A stretch of DNA of 63,468 bases, the filler included, from Octopus bimaculoides (lineage: Eukaryota), in assembly GCF_001194135.2 (NCBI RefSeq). It is 6 parts of 6 records of this genome, joined end to end, with 100 filler letters (N's around TTAATTAATTAA, not from the genome) between each part and the next. Parts side by side here need not be neighbours in the genome. Positions count along the whole stretch, not along the records: positions 23,922 to 39,219 come from NC_068999.1; positions 39,320 to 47,800 come from NC_068986.1; positions 47,901 to 58,336 come from NC_068981.1; 3 more parts are not named here. One strand, written 5' to 3'. The notes under the pieces were generated by a model that ran no database searches, was not told the DNA's origin, and saw nothing but the letters and a program-made list of their open reading frames with translations. Made by a program: the position numbers and the translations under genes. Shown one piece after another: positions 37,620-49,780 of the stretch; position 1 is the first letter of the stretch, and every line of letters begins with the position of its first letter.

Positions 37620-38090
37620 CATATTGGATTGTGGAAAGAATACAAATAACATCATAACCTCTGCTCTAACCAGCAATGCTTAAACACAAACCAAATCTTA
37701 GATAAATCAGAAGAAACATTAAATAATCTAGACGTATGCTCACATCAGTCCTTCATACCTACTTTGAAAAGTAGCACAAAATTGTTGACCAAGAGAAATA
37801 CACTGGTTCATCTGCCTCTATTTACCCACAAGTGCAGGAAGAGGAAACTTCAGTTGAGAAGTCTTCCAGAGAATGGATTATCCCTAATGTCCCTACCACC
37901 TCCAATATGAACAACAAAGGTCTGTCCCAGAAAGGAAGGCTAATATACATGACAGTAAAATTCCCCGGGAGAGGAAGGTTCTTATGAGACGGTGTACAGA
38001 GACTGCAAATCAGCTAAACATAGTAATCAATAGCAATGAAAACTCCTGCCGGAAATCAAAACTGCTGGATATTGAGAAAAACTGAAACAC
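37620..38090 (+). pseudogene. Decayed coding-like segment of unknown origin
   Basis: Consecutive 50-70-codon open stretches hopping between frames (DKSEETLNNLDVCSHQ..; IVDQEKYTGSSASIYPQVQEEETSVEKSSREWIIPNVP..; KANIHDSKIPRERKVLMRRC..); no family recognised. Confidence 0.3.
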
Positions 38091-39175
38091 TTCCATGAGA
38101 AAGAGAGATCAGACAAAGGGGCCTAGGTTATAGAAAATATAAAATCAAATCGTTAAGCTTCCTTTAAGTTGGCCAATATAACGCTTCCGTCCTTTGTGTG
38201 GCGGGAAACCCAATAAGGATGTAAAACACTGAACCAACAATTCAAAAATATTTTCACCCGACATTTATGCATGTCAGCACACGAATGGATTTCTCTGCAC
38301 CTGCCAATGTAAAGGCGGTAATAGTAACAAGTGATAACATCACCATTAAAGTATATTTACCCCCATGAATGGGGAAGCTACAAGTAGGATATATGTTTAG
38401 ATTATACTTAGAATATTCATATAGAATTTGATATTAGAAAACTATTCATCAGTTGAATCTAATCCTAAAAGCGATAATTGCCCAAATCATGGGATTTTAA
38501 AAGAAATAATAATAATGCGTTTCACTTCAAGCTTCCACAAAGCAGATTCGTTACCACGTCTGAAAAAATGCTTCACGATATTTCATCCGTCTGCTGGTTC
38601 TGATTTCAGATTCCGCCGAGGTTAGCATTGTTTTTCAACCTGTCGGGGTCAATAAAATAAGTAACAATGGAACAGTGGGGTGCATGTAATTGACTAACAC
38701 CCTTCCCAAAGATGTGCTGGCATTGAGCATAACTTCGTAGCCAATATTCTGTTTCAACTGACGAAAAAAGAGATAAATGTTGACTATTATGATACAACAT
38801 AAACGCAACAAAAAATATTGCTAAAATAGCGGAGCTCTTTGTAGACTTGCTATCTAATTCGCTAAATATATTATGATGTAATAATTGATATAGTGTCAAT
38901 GATAAATAGGATAATAAAACTACCAACACTAGCTGAGCAGAAAATTGACCGATAAAATAAGTATAGTTAACGGCTACATCTTAGTCTATAGCAATATCAG
39001 TTTAAATTAGAATCTATAATTACTTGTCAAATTTCTTTAGGAGCAGCCGTTAAATTGCATCTCTCTAATACGTATGAGCGTTGAAGTGGATATCTGTATT
39101 TGTACACACGTCTGTCTGTCTCTCTCTCTCTCTCCCTCTCTCTCTCTCTTTCTCCCTCTCTCTCTCTCCCTCTCC

Positions 39176-39219
<44 letters not shown>

Positions 39220-39320
39220 NNNNNNNNNNNNNNNNNNNNNNNNNNNNNNNNNNNNNNNNNNNNTTAATTAATTAANNNNNNNNNNNNNNNNNNNNNNNNN
39301 NNNNNNNNNNNNNNNNNNNA

Positions 39321-39498
39321 AATGATGAGGATGTCGATGGTGATCGTAATGAAGTTGATGAGGATGACGATGATGATGATGATAATGATGATGATGATAA
39401 TGATGATGATGATGATGATGATGATAATGATGATGGTGGTGGTTGTGGTGGTGGTGGTGATGATGATGATGAGGATAACGATGATGATTAACATGATG

Positions 39499-39551
<53 letters not shown>

Positions 39552-39600
39552 GATGATGATGATGAAGATGAGGAGGAGGATGTGGACAGCGACAAAGATG
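39321..39600. repeat. (GAT)n degenerate trinucleotide array
   Basis: Direct inspection. Confidence 0.97.
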
Positions 39601-39839
39601 ATAATGGAGAACGACTATGGTGTCATTCGTCCTTATCAGGATTGCCACATCATGTCGGTATATAATCTTTACTNNNNNNNNNNNNNNNNNNNNNNNNNNN
39701 NNNNNNNNNNNNNNNNNNNNNNNNNNNNNNNNNNNNNNNNNNNNNNNNNNNNNNNNNNNNNNNNNNNNNNNNNNNNNNNNNNNNNNNNNNNNNNNNNNNN
39801 NNNNNNNNNNNNNNNNNNNNNNNNNNNNNNNNNNNNNNN

Positions 39840-39870
<31 letters not shown>

Positions 39871-39899
39871 ATAGCCAATTCAAAGACCAAACAATAAAT

Positions 39900-40075
39900 A
39901 AACAGAGAAAAATGAAAAAAATAAAAAAGGTGAGGACGTGCACAAGAAGCATATTAATTTGCCGCATGATGAAAAGAGAGAGATGTTAAGGTTTCGAGCA
40001 TAGCTCTTCGTCGGAAAGATAAAAAGTCCGAAGGGAAAGAAGAAAAAATAAGGGAAAATCGCCAACAATCCACGT
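39900..40075 (-). mobile_element. Second copy of the 23074-23260 repeat family with degraded hammerhead-like motif (39983-40019)
   Basis: Reverse complement cacgtggattgttggcgattttccc...ttt-CCGACGA-A-GAGC tat GCTC-GAAAC-ctt. Confidence 0.75.
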
Positions 40076-40179
40076 GCGGTTGCATTTCTGAAGAGACCGG
40101 AAGTACATACATACATAATACATACACACACGTGCACATGTTAACAAATATGTATGCGACTGCGTGTGCGTATGCTCTG

Positions 40180-40340
40180 AAGGTACCTGGGTTAGTGATT
40201 AAAGCATCCGAATAACGAACCTATGGCCATAAGTCTCATATGCACACCTAGCGGCACATTATGTTCTTGAGCAAGACACTTCATTTCACGTTGCTCTTGT
40301 TCAGTAAGCTGTAGTGAGCACGCGTCAGGGTGCTTACAGA
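40180..40340 (+). mobile_element. Old tRNA-headed SINE remnant
   Basis: gttagtgattaaagcatcc...tgttcttgagcaagacacttcatttcacgttgctc. Confidence 0.5.
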
Positions 40341-41159
40341 ACGATATTTCCCTACTGCTGTTAAAAGCTCGTTCTGCCACTAGGTTAAGCATGAGAGGAG
40401 CGAAGGGACTATCTGACTGTAGCCAGTTGTAAGGAGCCACGCTCACTTTTACTGGTACAACGTTCTCTTCCTCCATCTATCATGCTCTTCATGTACCGCT
40501 GGACGAAAGGCTAGGAAGATCGAAAGGGTCTTAAAATCGGCTCTTGGGCTCTTGACAACAAAAGCACATAACATAACGACAGCTCCTGGGTTATATTCGC
40601 TTGCGAGTGACAACTACGGTTTATACGCGACGAAGAATAGACCAAAACGACACTACAATGCCATTTCTTTGTTAGACGACTGCGTATTCCTTTTCAGTTG
40701 TTATGCATTTCCATATCTTTATATCACACATATCTACGTTTATATGTGTGTATGTTTATATGCGTAGGTTTGTTGTAGAATGCCAATCTAGGGATATCTG
40801 TGATTTTGTTGGCGCTCGCATTTATACTTTGAGTGCTAATTACGATTGAACACTATATGGTTCTGAGTAGAAACGTCTGTGGTTTTTGCGAACAAATGCA
40901 TTATTATCATATAGTAACATTCAGTTTTTCATAGATGCAGCCCACTTTAAGAAAATTCACATGTTGCAACATATACATAGGCATGCACAACATGTATATG
41001 TATGTATGCATGCATGTATACATACGTATGTATGCATGTATGTATCCATACATATACATATATGTATATACATGTATAATTGCTTATGTATATATATATA
41101 TGTATATATTTGTATATATACATATATGTCACGTATGTTACATATATGTGTATATATCC

Positions 41160-41216
<57 letters not shown>

Positions 41217-42024
41217 NNNNNNNNNNNNNNNNNNNNNNNNNNNNNNNNNNNNNNNNNNNNNNNNNNNNNNNNNNNNNNNNNNNNNNNNNNNNNNNNNNNN
41301 NNNNNNNNNNNNNNNNNNNNNNNNNNNNNNNNNNNNNNNNNNNNNNNNNNNNNNNNNNNNNNNNNNNNNNNNNNNNNNNNNNNNNNNNNNNNNNNNNNNN
41401 NNNNNNNNNNNNNNNNNNNNNNNNNNNNNNNNNNNNNNNNNNNNNNNNNNNNNNNNNNNNNNNNNNNNNNNNNNNNNNNNNNNNNNNNNNNNNNNNNNNN
41501 NNNNNNNNNNNNNNNNNNNNNNNNNNNNNNNNNNNNNNNNNNNNNNNNNNNNNNNNNNNNNNNNNNNNNNNNNNNNNNNNNNNNNNNNNNNNNNNNNNNN
41601 NNNNNNNNNNNNNNNNNNNNNNNNNNNNNNNNNNNNNNNNNNNNNNNNNNNNNNNNNNNNNNNNNNNNNNNNNNNNNNNNNNNNNNNNNNNNNNNNNNNN
41701 NNNNNNNNNNNNNNNNNNNNNNNNNNNNNNNNNNNNNNNNNNNNNNNNNNNNNNNNNNNNNNNNNNNNNNNNNNNNNNNNNNNNNNNNNNNNNNNNNNNN
41801 NNNNNNNNNNNNNNNNNNNNNNNNNNNNNNNNNNNNNNNNNNNNNNNNNNNNNNNNNNNNNNNNNNNNNNNNNNNNNNNNNNNNNNNNNNNNNNNNNNNN
41901 NNNNNNNNNNNNNNNNNNNNNNNNNNNNNNNNNNNNNNNNNNNNNNNNNNNNNNNNNNNNNNNNNNNNNNNNNNNNNNNNNNNNNNNNNNNNNNNNNNNN
42001 NNNNNNNNNNNNNNNNNNNNNNNN

Positions 42025-42660
42025 TTATGATGTTATCAGCCTCATGTATGCAAACTTGGTCAAGGGATGCACTTCGACATTTGGTGGTTAAAAGATGTTG
42101 CCGAAGGGATATGATGCGACATTCAAAGACATTTTGGATCGATGTTAAGCCTCTTTCGCTTTGTTCTCGTTTTAGTAAGTGGCGGTCTACGTTACTGTTT
42201 ATGTGGAAATTATGTGTGCTTGTTAGTATTTTTGGGGTTTTCACATCAATGGCTCGGATCATATCAAGCGTCCAATCAAGCAGCCCAAATGTTGGTATGA
42301 GTACTGACACTGCAAACACATTGTGGGCCACTGTTTTATTGAATGTAGAGAGTTCTGAAGTCAAAATTTTCTTTATTCGGTTGTAATATTCTTTAGTGAC
42401 GCATGTTTTGTTACAGGTGCCATTGTCAGATATATTTTTATCCACCTGTAACATTCTTCGTCAGACACAGGGGAAACAGTCAAATCATTGATGGAGATGT
42501 TACTAATCTGGTTTATAGTTTTCTCCCTTTTCACAACCATATAACAACATTTATCCTGACCAAACTCCGACACTACATCCTTTGAGAATGTTGTAACTAG
42601 GTCAAGGCTCTTTTTCATCTCCTGCATATTCTTTGCATAAAGTTTTAAGTCATCCACAGA
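42025..42660 (-). mobile_element. R4/Dong-clade LINE, RT C-terminal region, frameshifted
   Basis: MDDLKLYAKNMQEMKKSLDLVTTFSKD...FGQDKC and KEYYNRIKKILTSELSTFNKTVAHNVFAVSVLIPTFGLLDWT...RGLTSIQNVFECRII. Confidence 0.93.
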
Positions 42661-42664
42661 GAAA

Positions 42665-42742
42665 TGTATTCATGTACGTATGTATGTATGCATGTATGTA
42701 TGTATGTATGTATGTATGTATGTATGTATGTATCTATCTGCC

Positions 42743-42823
<81 letters not shown>

Positions 42824-42824
42824 G

Positions 42825-42863
<39 letters not shown>

Positions 42864-43050
42864 NNNNNNNNNNNNNNNNNNNNNNNNNNNNNNNNNNNNN
42901 NNNNNNNNNNNNNNNNNNNNNNNNNNNNNNNNNNNNNNNNNNNNNNNNNNNNNNNNNNNNNNNNNNNNNNNNNNNNNNNNNNNNNNNNNNNNNNNNNNNN
43001 NNNNNNNNNNNNNNNNNNNNNNNNNGTCTGTCTGTCTGTCTCTCTGTCTG

Positions 43051-43093
<43 letters not shown>

Positions 43094-43094
43094 G

Positions 43095-43141
<47 letters not shown>

Positions 43142-43209
43142 GTGTATGTATGTGTGTATGTATGTGTGTATGTATGTGTGTATGTATATATGTATGTATG
43201 TATGTATGC

Positions 43210-43240
<31 letters not shown>

Positions 43241-43345
43241 TGTATGTGTGTGTATGTATGTATGTATGTATGTATGTATGTATGTATGTGTGTGTATGTA
43301 TGTATGTATGTATGTATGTATGTATGTATGTATGTATAGAGAGAT
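42665..43345. repeat. Compound (TATG)n/(TCTG)n/(TATC)n microsatellite across gap
   Basis: Direct inspection. Confidence 0.98.
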
Positions 43346-43454
43346 AAATAGATAAAAACAATATTGAAAAAAGCTATATTGAAAGCTAAGTCGGCGCCGG
43401 AGTGATATTCCTATGATAAAGCAATCATTCCATTTTCTGACTGCCCACAATTAT

Positions 43455-44040
43455 CAAGGACTGCAATGGCCACTCAGTTGTCTCCACTTATACCAATTTA
43501 GGGATGGTTTAGCCTGAGAAGCAAATGCATGATGAATTTCTACAAGTTAGGAAATACATTTCGCATATTTTTGGAAGGCAACTGCAAATATATTTTGGTG
43601 ACTATTTTATTTTAGAATAGGATCATTTAATATACTTATGAAATCTAAAAATCTTATTAACAATGAATTTCAACCAGAAGGAACTGCCATTCTTAGATAT
43701 TTTTTTGGTGAAAACCGGCAAAAAGACAGGAAGATATATTTACTATAAACCCCCAGATTCTTTTTTCCACAGTCTGCCATCCATTTAACTTCTTAGAAAG
43801 AATTTACACAATGGTAATGAATCCTACAAGAGGTTGTCAAAATTGGAAGAATTGAAAGAAAAAATGCATAGTCAAAGTGTATTTGTACTAAGTCTTAATG
43901 AGGAATGTTATACGAAGAATAAAACATAGGTATCCAAGACCTAAGAACAGTAAAAAGTCAAACAGAGAAAGGTGTTTAACCATACGTATCTACATTTTAT
44001 CCAAGAAATTCTGGATATCCGACTATATTTATAAACAACG
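43455..44040 (+). mobile_element. Penelope-like element RT fragment, heavily frameshifted
   Basis: TAMATQLS.TYTNL (GTAMG..APTYANL motif), KELPFLDIF..K....YIYYKPPD, LSKLEELKE, PYVSTFYPRNSG. Confidence 0.85.
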
Positions 44041-44878
44041 CGTAAAATGAAAAAACCGCTAAGCATTTTGCCCGGCGTGCTAACCGCCTTGGTGAGCTTA
44101 AGTGTTCTGCAAGCTCAATGTCTTAAAGGAAGGAAAATACTAGGAAATTTTAAAGCACACTTAAGTATTTAATTAATGATTGTGAATTTTATGAAAAGGA
44201 AATATTTTTGCAAGAGAAGCAGCACAAACTGTAGCGTTTTCTAATAAACTTAACTAAAAAGCAAAAATACTCATTAATGCTGGGAGAACATTTATTTCAC
44301 TTTACTTTCCGGAAGAAGCCCTGCAAAACAAAACCAAAAAAAAAAAAAAAGGAGAAAGAAAGCAGTAACAAAATTAAGACAGCTACCAAACAGCAAAGAT
44401 AAGCAACGCCAGATTAATCCAGATTATCATGTAACACAACGCATTAAATATTGTACGAGATTTTGGCTTTACAAAACGCAGACCGGCGGGAGTATATAAA
44501 GGGATTAATGAATTTCCTTTTGTTTAATCTTTCCTTATTTCTAAGATGTTAGTTAATCCTTTCCAGATCAAAGTATCAGAGATTAAGGGTATTTATTTAG
44601 CTGAAGAGATTTAATTATTTCCGCAATGAATAATATAAAACAATGAACGAATAACGTGTTGATACGGCCAATTGTATGGTAGAAGAACGCAGAGGTGCAT
44701 ACTTACATATGTATGTGTATATACGCACTCAGAAGCAATTGTGTTATATACATATTTATCTATATCTGTTTGTAGATATATGTGTGTGTGTATATTTATA
44801 TACTTATACATTCATATATATACGTACGCGTGTGTTTATATGTGTATACGTGTGTACGTGTATGTATATAGAGATATA

Positions 44879-45060
44879 CGAGGGGTACCCAAAAGAAACC
44901 GGAATTTTGCAATGTTATTTTATTCACTTAGTTTTATATGTTTATGCTTTTATCACCTTCAAACTATATGTTCGAACGTTGAATTCAGCAACGCCATCTA
45001 GTCAAGCAGCTACTCTGTGTTGATGAAGAGTAATAACTCAGAAACTAGCCCAGAGATTTT
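44879..45060 (+). mobile_element. mariner-like element 5' terminus
   Basis: (TA)cgaggggtacccaaaagaaaccggaat TIR-like start; partner TIR not found. Confidence 0.5.
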
Positions 45061-45293
45061 GTTTTGCGCTGGATGGTGAGTGCTGCGCTCCCTGTTCGAA
45101 AATTTAAGGACATAGATAGTGTGTCGTATAGTCAGCTAGAAACGATGTTTCTTTGGGCTAAAACAGCAGTAATATCGTCCCTTTCAGGACAGCCACAATA
45201 TGATGGCAAATAGCATTTACTTTAAAGAACTGTTGCTTAATGTCTCCCTTTGAGAGATTTAGAAATATTGGTACTACTACTACTAATAATAAT

Positions 45294-45338
<45 letters not shown>

Positions 45339-45424
45339 CATATGTATATGAANNNNNNNNNNGAATGTATACACATTCCACGCACGCACACTACACTGAC
45401 ACAAACACACCTCAATGTACATTG

Positions 45425-45722
45425 TTGTTGTTTCTTTTAGCCCCTTGTGGAGCATAGGGCCGGTTTCCCGGTTTTCATGGCCTATGTCCCCTAGCTGGAC
45501 GGGACGCCAGTCCATCGCAGCATTACTCAAGAAACAGGAAGAAAGAGTGAGAGAAAGTTGGAGCGAAGGAGTACAACAGGGGTCACCATCACCCCTGCCG
45601 GAGCCTCGTGGAGCTTTAGGTGTTTTTTCTCAATAAACACACACAACGCCCGGTCTGAGAATCGAAACTGCGATCCTCCAATCGCGAGTCCACTGCCCTA
45701 ATCACTGGGCCATTGCGCTTCC
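45425..45722 (-). mobile_element. tRNA-derived SINE family D, near full length
   Basis: Reverse complement tggaagcgcaatggcccagtgattagggcagtggactcgcgattggaggatcgcagtttcgattctcagaccgggcg (A and B boxes, tRNA-like head). Confidence 0.85.
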
Positions 45723-46194
45723 ACCATATGTACATAGTAAATTCAAAACATACATATTCACAAACATAATGCCGTACTTGCGTGCATACTTACATACATA
45801 TATGCATACATATTCATATATACGTATGGACATACTTGTGTACATACGCGTATTTCCTTCAACACATTGTTGCCCTAGGTTAAAATCCAATTAAAGTACA
45901 ATTTGTGGAATCGGCGACTTGGTGTTTCTGTATTGGTGCGAAAGTTAAAAATCAAACCAATATATAATACACACATATACTCATGTACGCACATATACTG
46001 TTGTGATTATCAGCTGCCGAGCAGATGTGAGCATTCCATTTGAAATTACCGAGAAAAAAATCATTTATGGACAACTGCTTAGAAACTTACCCTTCTCTGT
46101 CTAGATGAGATGTTAGTAGATATTTAAGTATTATCCTGGGAAAGCTGAAAATTTTGAGAGAAATAACTGTTTTCGATTTTGGCACAAGTTCAGT

Positions 46195-46560
46195 AATTTC
46201 GACAGAAAGAAATTAAGACTGACTGGTATTTCATTTTATTGACCCCGGCAAAGATGTCGTCGGCGGAATTTGAACTCAAATCGTGAAAACTGAGAATAAA
46301 TACGGTAAAACAGTTTGTTCAACACTGGCGATTTTGTCAGCCCTTCACTTGTTATGGAGAAATATGTTTTCAAATTTTGGCACAGAGCCAGCAATTTTAG
46401 ATGAGGAACTTTTAGATGGTCAACTCAATCGACTTTATTGAAATCGAGAGGATGAACAGCAAAGTCGACCTTGGTAGCAATTGAACACAGAGCATAATGA
46501 CTCGGGGCACACACTGCAAGACATTCAGTCTGACTCTTTCGATTCTGTCAGTCCGCTGCC
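46195..46560 (-). mobile_element. Two old SINE family B copies
   Basis: ctggtatttcattttattgaccccgg...cggcggaatttgaactc and gaggatgaacagcaaagtcgaccttgg... Confidence 0.7.
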
Positions 46561-46885
46561 TTTTTCAGACAAATAATAAGGCCATTTAATACATAATCTG
46601 CAAATTTATTTTGTAAGCTAATCAATAAAAATAAGGAAGATTTTTCAATACGTTACTATTCATTGTTGTCTAAAAGTCCATTTATGATACTACTTTGTTT
46701 TTTTAGTTACATATCAGACTTATTTATAGGAAAAAGAAATACAAAGAATAAAAAGCAGACGTAACCTACATACATACAAACAATGCATATAGGAAAACAT
46801 ACATATTTTATGACACAATCCTATTTCATTGGCTATATTCGACGTATTGGCCTTCGCTTGTTCAAAAGTTCAAGCAAATATGTCG

Positions 46886-46940
<55 letters not shown>

Positions 46941-47550
46941 GACTATCGAATAATAATAATAGTAATGATAATAACTCTTTATTATTGTTATTTTTACTGT
47001 ATATATCCATTTTCTGATAAAAGATATATTTTGGTAAGCTATCGTCATAGAAAATACAGTATTGGATATTTAATATTTCAGAATCTATAAACCCACTCAT
47101 TGACAAACTGCCAGCACTTTCTCCGTATGCAGTCTTTATATATTATTGTGGTAGCAAGGCCATTAGCGATTAATTTAGCACACTGAAATCTAATCCATCA
47201 CTCGGTGGTGGACCGGGAACGTTCTGTGATTTATGTAATAGAAGACTGTACCCGATCGCTATCAAAGGTGAACGCTGTTTAGGTTTGGAGGTCGGTGAGG
47301 TGGCTCGCTTGGAAAATGGGGAAAGTATCGCATTTTGTTTTATAATCCCCAGAGGGAATCATTTCTGTTTTCGTTTCCGACGTCAACAAGTCTCCATTTC
47401 TTATTCCTTATTCCTTATTCAGTTTTGAGGATTCAGGATTTTATAAGAAATAATACGCATATATATATATATGTAGGTATGTATATACATCTGTGTGTAT
47501 GCACATGTACGGGTAATTATATTCAGACACACACTCACGCACACACACAC

Positions 47551-47584
<34 letters not shown>

Positions 47585-47755
47585 ACATTAATAGATAGAT
47601 TCCCCCGCGCATTATACGTGCCCTTAAACATACGTAGTATGTATATGTGTATTTATATTTGTATAGAGGTATATGCAAATATAAATACATACATATGTAT
47701 GTACTGATGTATATATATAAGCAATTATATCAGTTTATGTGAGTGTGTATGTGTG

Positions 47756-47800
<45 letters not shown>

Positions 47801-47900
47801 NNNNNNNNNNNNNNNNNNNNNNNNNNNNNNNNNNNNNNNNNNNNTTAATTAATTAANNNNNNNNNNNNNNNNNNNNNNNNNNNNNNNNNNNNNNNNNNNN

Positions 47901-48108
47901 GGTCATCAGCATAGAGGAGCTCCCAGGGGCAACCTGTCTTGAACTCCTCTGTGATTGCCTGGAGGACTATGATAAATAAGAGGGGGCTGAGGACAGAACC
48001 TTGGTGGACCCCTACCTCTACCCGGAATTCATTGCTGTACTCATTTCCAACCCTCACCTTACTGGCAGCATCTCTGTACATGGCTCGCACAGCTCTCACT
48101 AACCATTC
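47901..48108 (-). mobile_element. RTE-clade LINE reverse-transcriptase fragment, intact frame
   Basis: EWLVRAVRAMYRDAASKVRVGNEYSNEFRVEVGVHQGSVLSPLLFIIVLQAITEEFKTGCPWELLYADD. Confidence 0.95.
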
Positions 48109-48164
48109 TAATATATATATATATATATACACACATGTCTGTGTCTTTGTATCTGTCCATCACC

Positions 48165-48305
48165 ACTACTTGATAACTGATAGAATAAGTTACCAGGCTT
48201 TAAAAAACAAGTCCTGAGAGGGATTCATTTGACTACAAAGAATTCTTCAAGGTAAGCTCCAGCATAACCATGGTCCAATAACTGGAACATGTGGAAGATA
48301 AAAAT
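48165..48305 (+). mobile_element. SINE family A, diverged 3' part
   Basis: gatagaataagttaccaggctttaaaaaacaagtcctg...ctccagcataacc. Confidence 0.65.
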
Positions 48306-48971
48306 TTTAAAAAAACTGTTTCTATGCTGGTCAAGGGATCATGCAGAGTCTCCCTCCTAATTGATTCATTAGTCATCTTAAGAAGTAAATCATTAGCTTC
48401 TAATATTCTAATTATATGTCAATCAAAGACACGTTTATATTCCTAACTAAGAATATAGGACATTATAGAATAAACTAGAAGACGTGTTTGTTCAATATTT
48501 TGGAAATAGCTTTCTTGAAAAACATTGAAGAATATAACTTGAGGGTGGAAAGCATTGTAAAAGATACAATGAAAGCATTTGGTATGTTGGTAAGTTACAT
48601 AAAAGAGAGAAATCAATGCATACAAAAGAAAGGGAAAATTTCTTCAAGTTGTAGCTGTTACATTCTTTATAATGTAAAAATAAAATTCTTTCTTTCTGTT
48701 TCTCTGTCATTTAAAGAATGAAATTACTGCTCCAAGCTATGACTTCAAGCAATGTTTTTCTTTACTATTTAAACATGTTATGTATAACTTCATCAACATT
48801 GTTGTCATAATTTTTATTGTTGTTGTAATAGGAATCTTGTAAACAAACACAAGTCGGTGACAGTCAGTGATAGATTTGAAGCATGTGCCAGACAAACGAA
48901 AGCTTGGGTCTCCCACCATCTACATATAAAAGTTAACCGACTTTATTGTTGTAAACAGAAATAACAATATC

Positions 48972-49570
48972 TATTTACTTGTTTCAGTCAGTAGACTGTG
49001 GCCATGCTGAGGCACCACTTTGAAGTATTTTTAGTCAAATGAATTGACCCCTGTACATATTTTTCTTTTAATCCTGGTACTTGCTCTTTACCCACAAGGG
49101 GCTAAACATAGAGGGGACAAACAAGGACAGACAAAAGGATTAAGTCGATTACAATGACCCCAGTGCGTAACTGGTACTTAATTTATCGACCCCGAAAGGA
49201 TGAAAGGCAAAGTCGACCTCGGCGGAATTTGAACTCAGAACGTAACGGCAGACGAAATACCGCTAGGCATTTCGCCTGGCGTGCTAACGTTTCTGCCAGT
49301 TTGCCGCCTTATGTCTGGTACTTATTCTATCAATCTCTTTTGTCAAACTGCAAAGTTGTGGGAATGTAAACACACCAACACTGGTTGTCAAGAAGTAGTG
49401 GTGGGACAAACACAAACATGTGCATGTGTGTACACATACACTTATATGGGAAGCTTCTAACAGTTTCCATCTATCAAATCTTTTCACAAGGCTTTGGTTA
49501 GCCCAAGGCTTTAATAGAAGACACTTGTCCAAGTTACCACATAATAGGACTGAACCTGGAACAATGTAAT
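48972..49570 (-). mobile_element. SINE family A host copy split by a family-B insertion
   Basis: Tail 48972-49082, remainder 49315-49570. Confidence 0.85.
49083..49310 (-). mobile_element. SINE family B, full length, with 9-bp TSD
   Basis: TSD ctggtactt at 49074-49082 and 49315-49323; near-consensus head aaggcggcaaactggcagaaacgttagcacgcc. Confidence 0.93.
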
Positions 49571-49780
49571 CCACACCGTATGAAAATATAAATATAAAAT
49601 TCGAAAATAGGAGTGGCCTTGATTAACTTATCCCCCACCCATAATGCTCTAAGATTGAATACAGGGAGGGATGTTGATAAATATTTACCCAACCCTCAAC
49701 GATAAAATCTTATGAACAATGCATCGACTGAAAATATAGCTGAGAACATAATATGGCCGCTCTATATTTAAAAGATGAGG

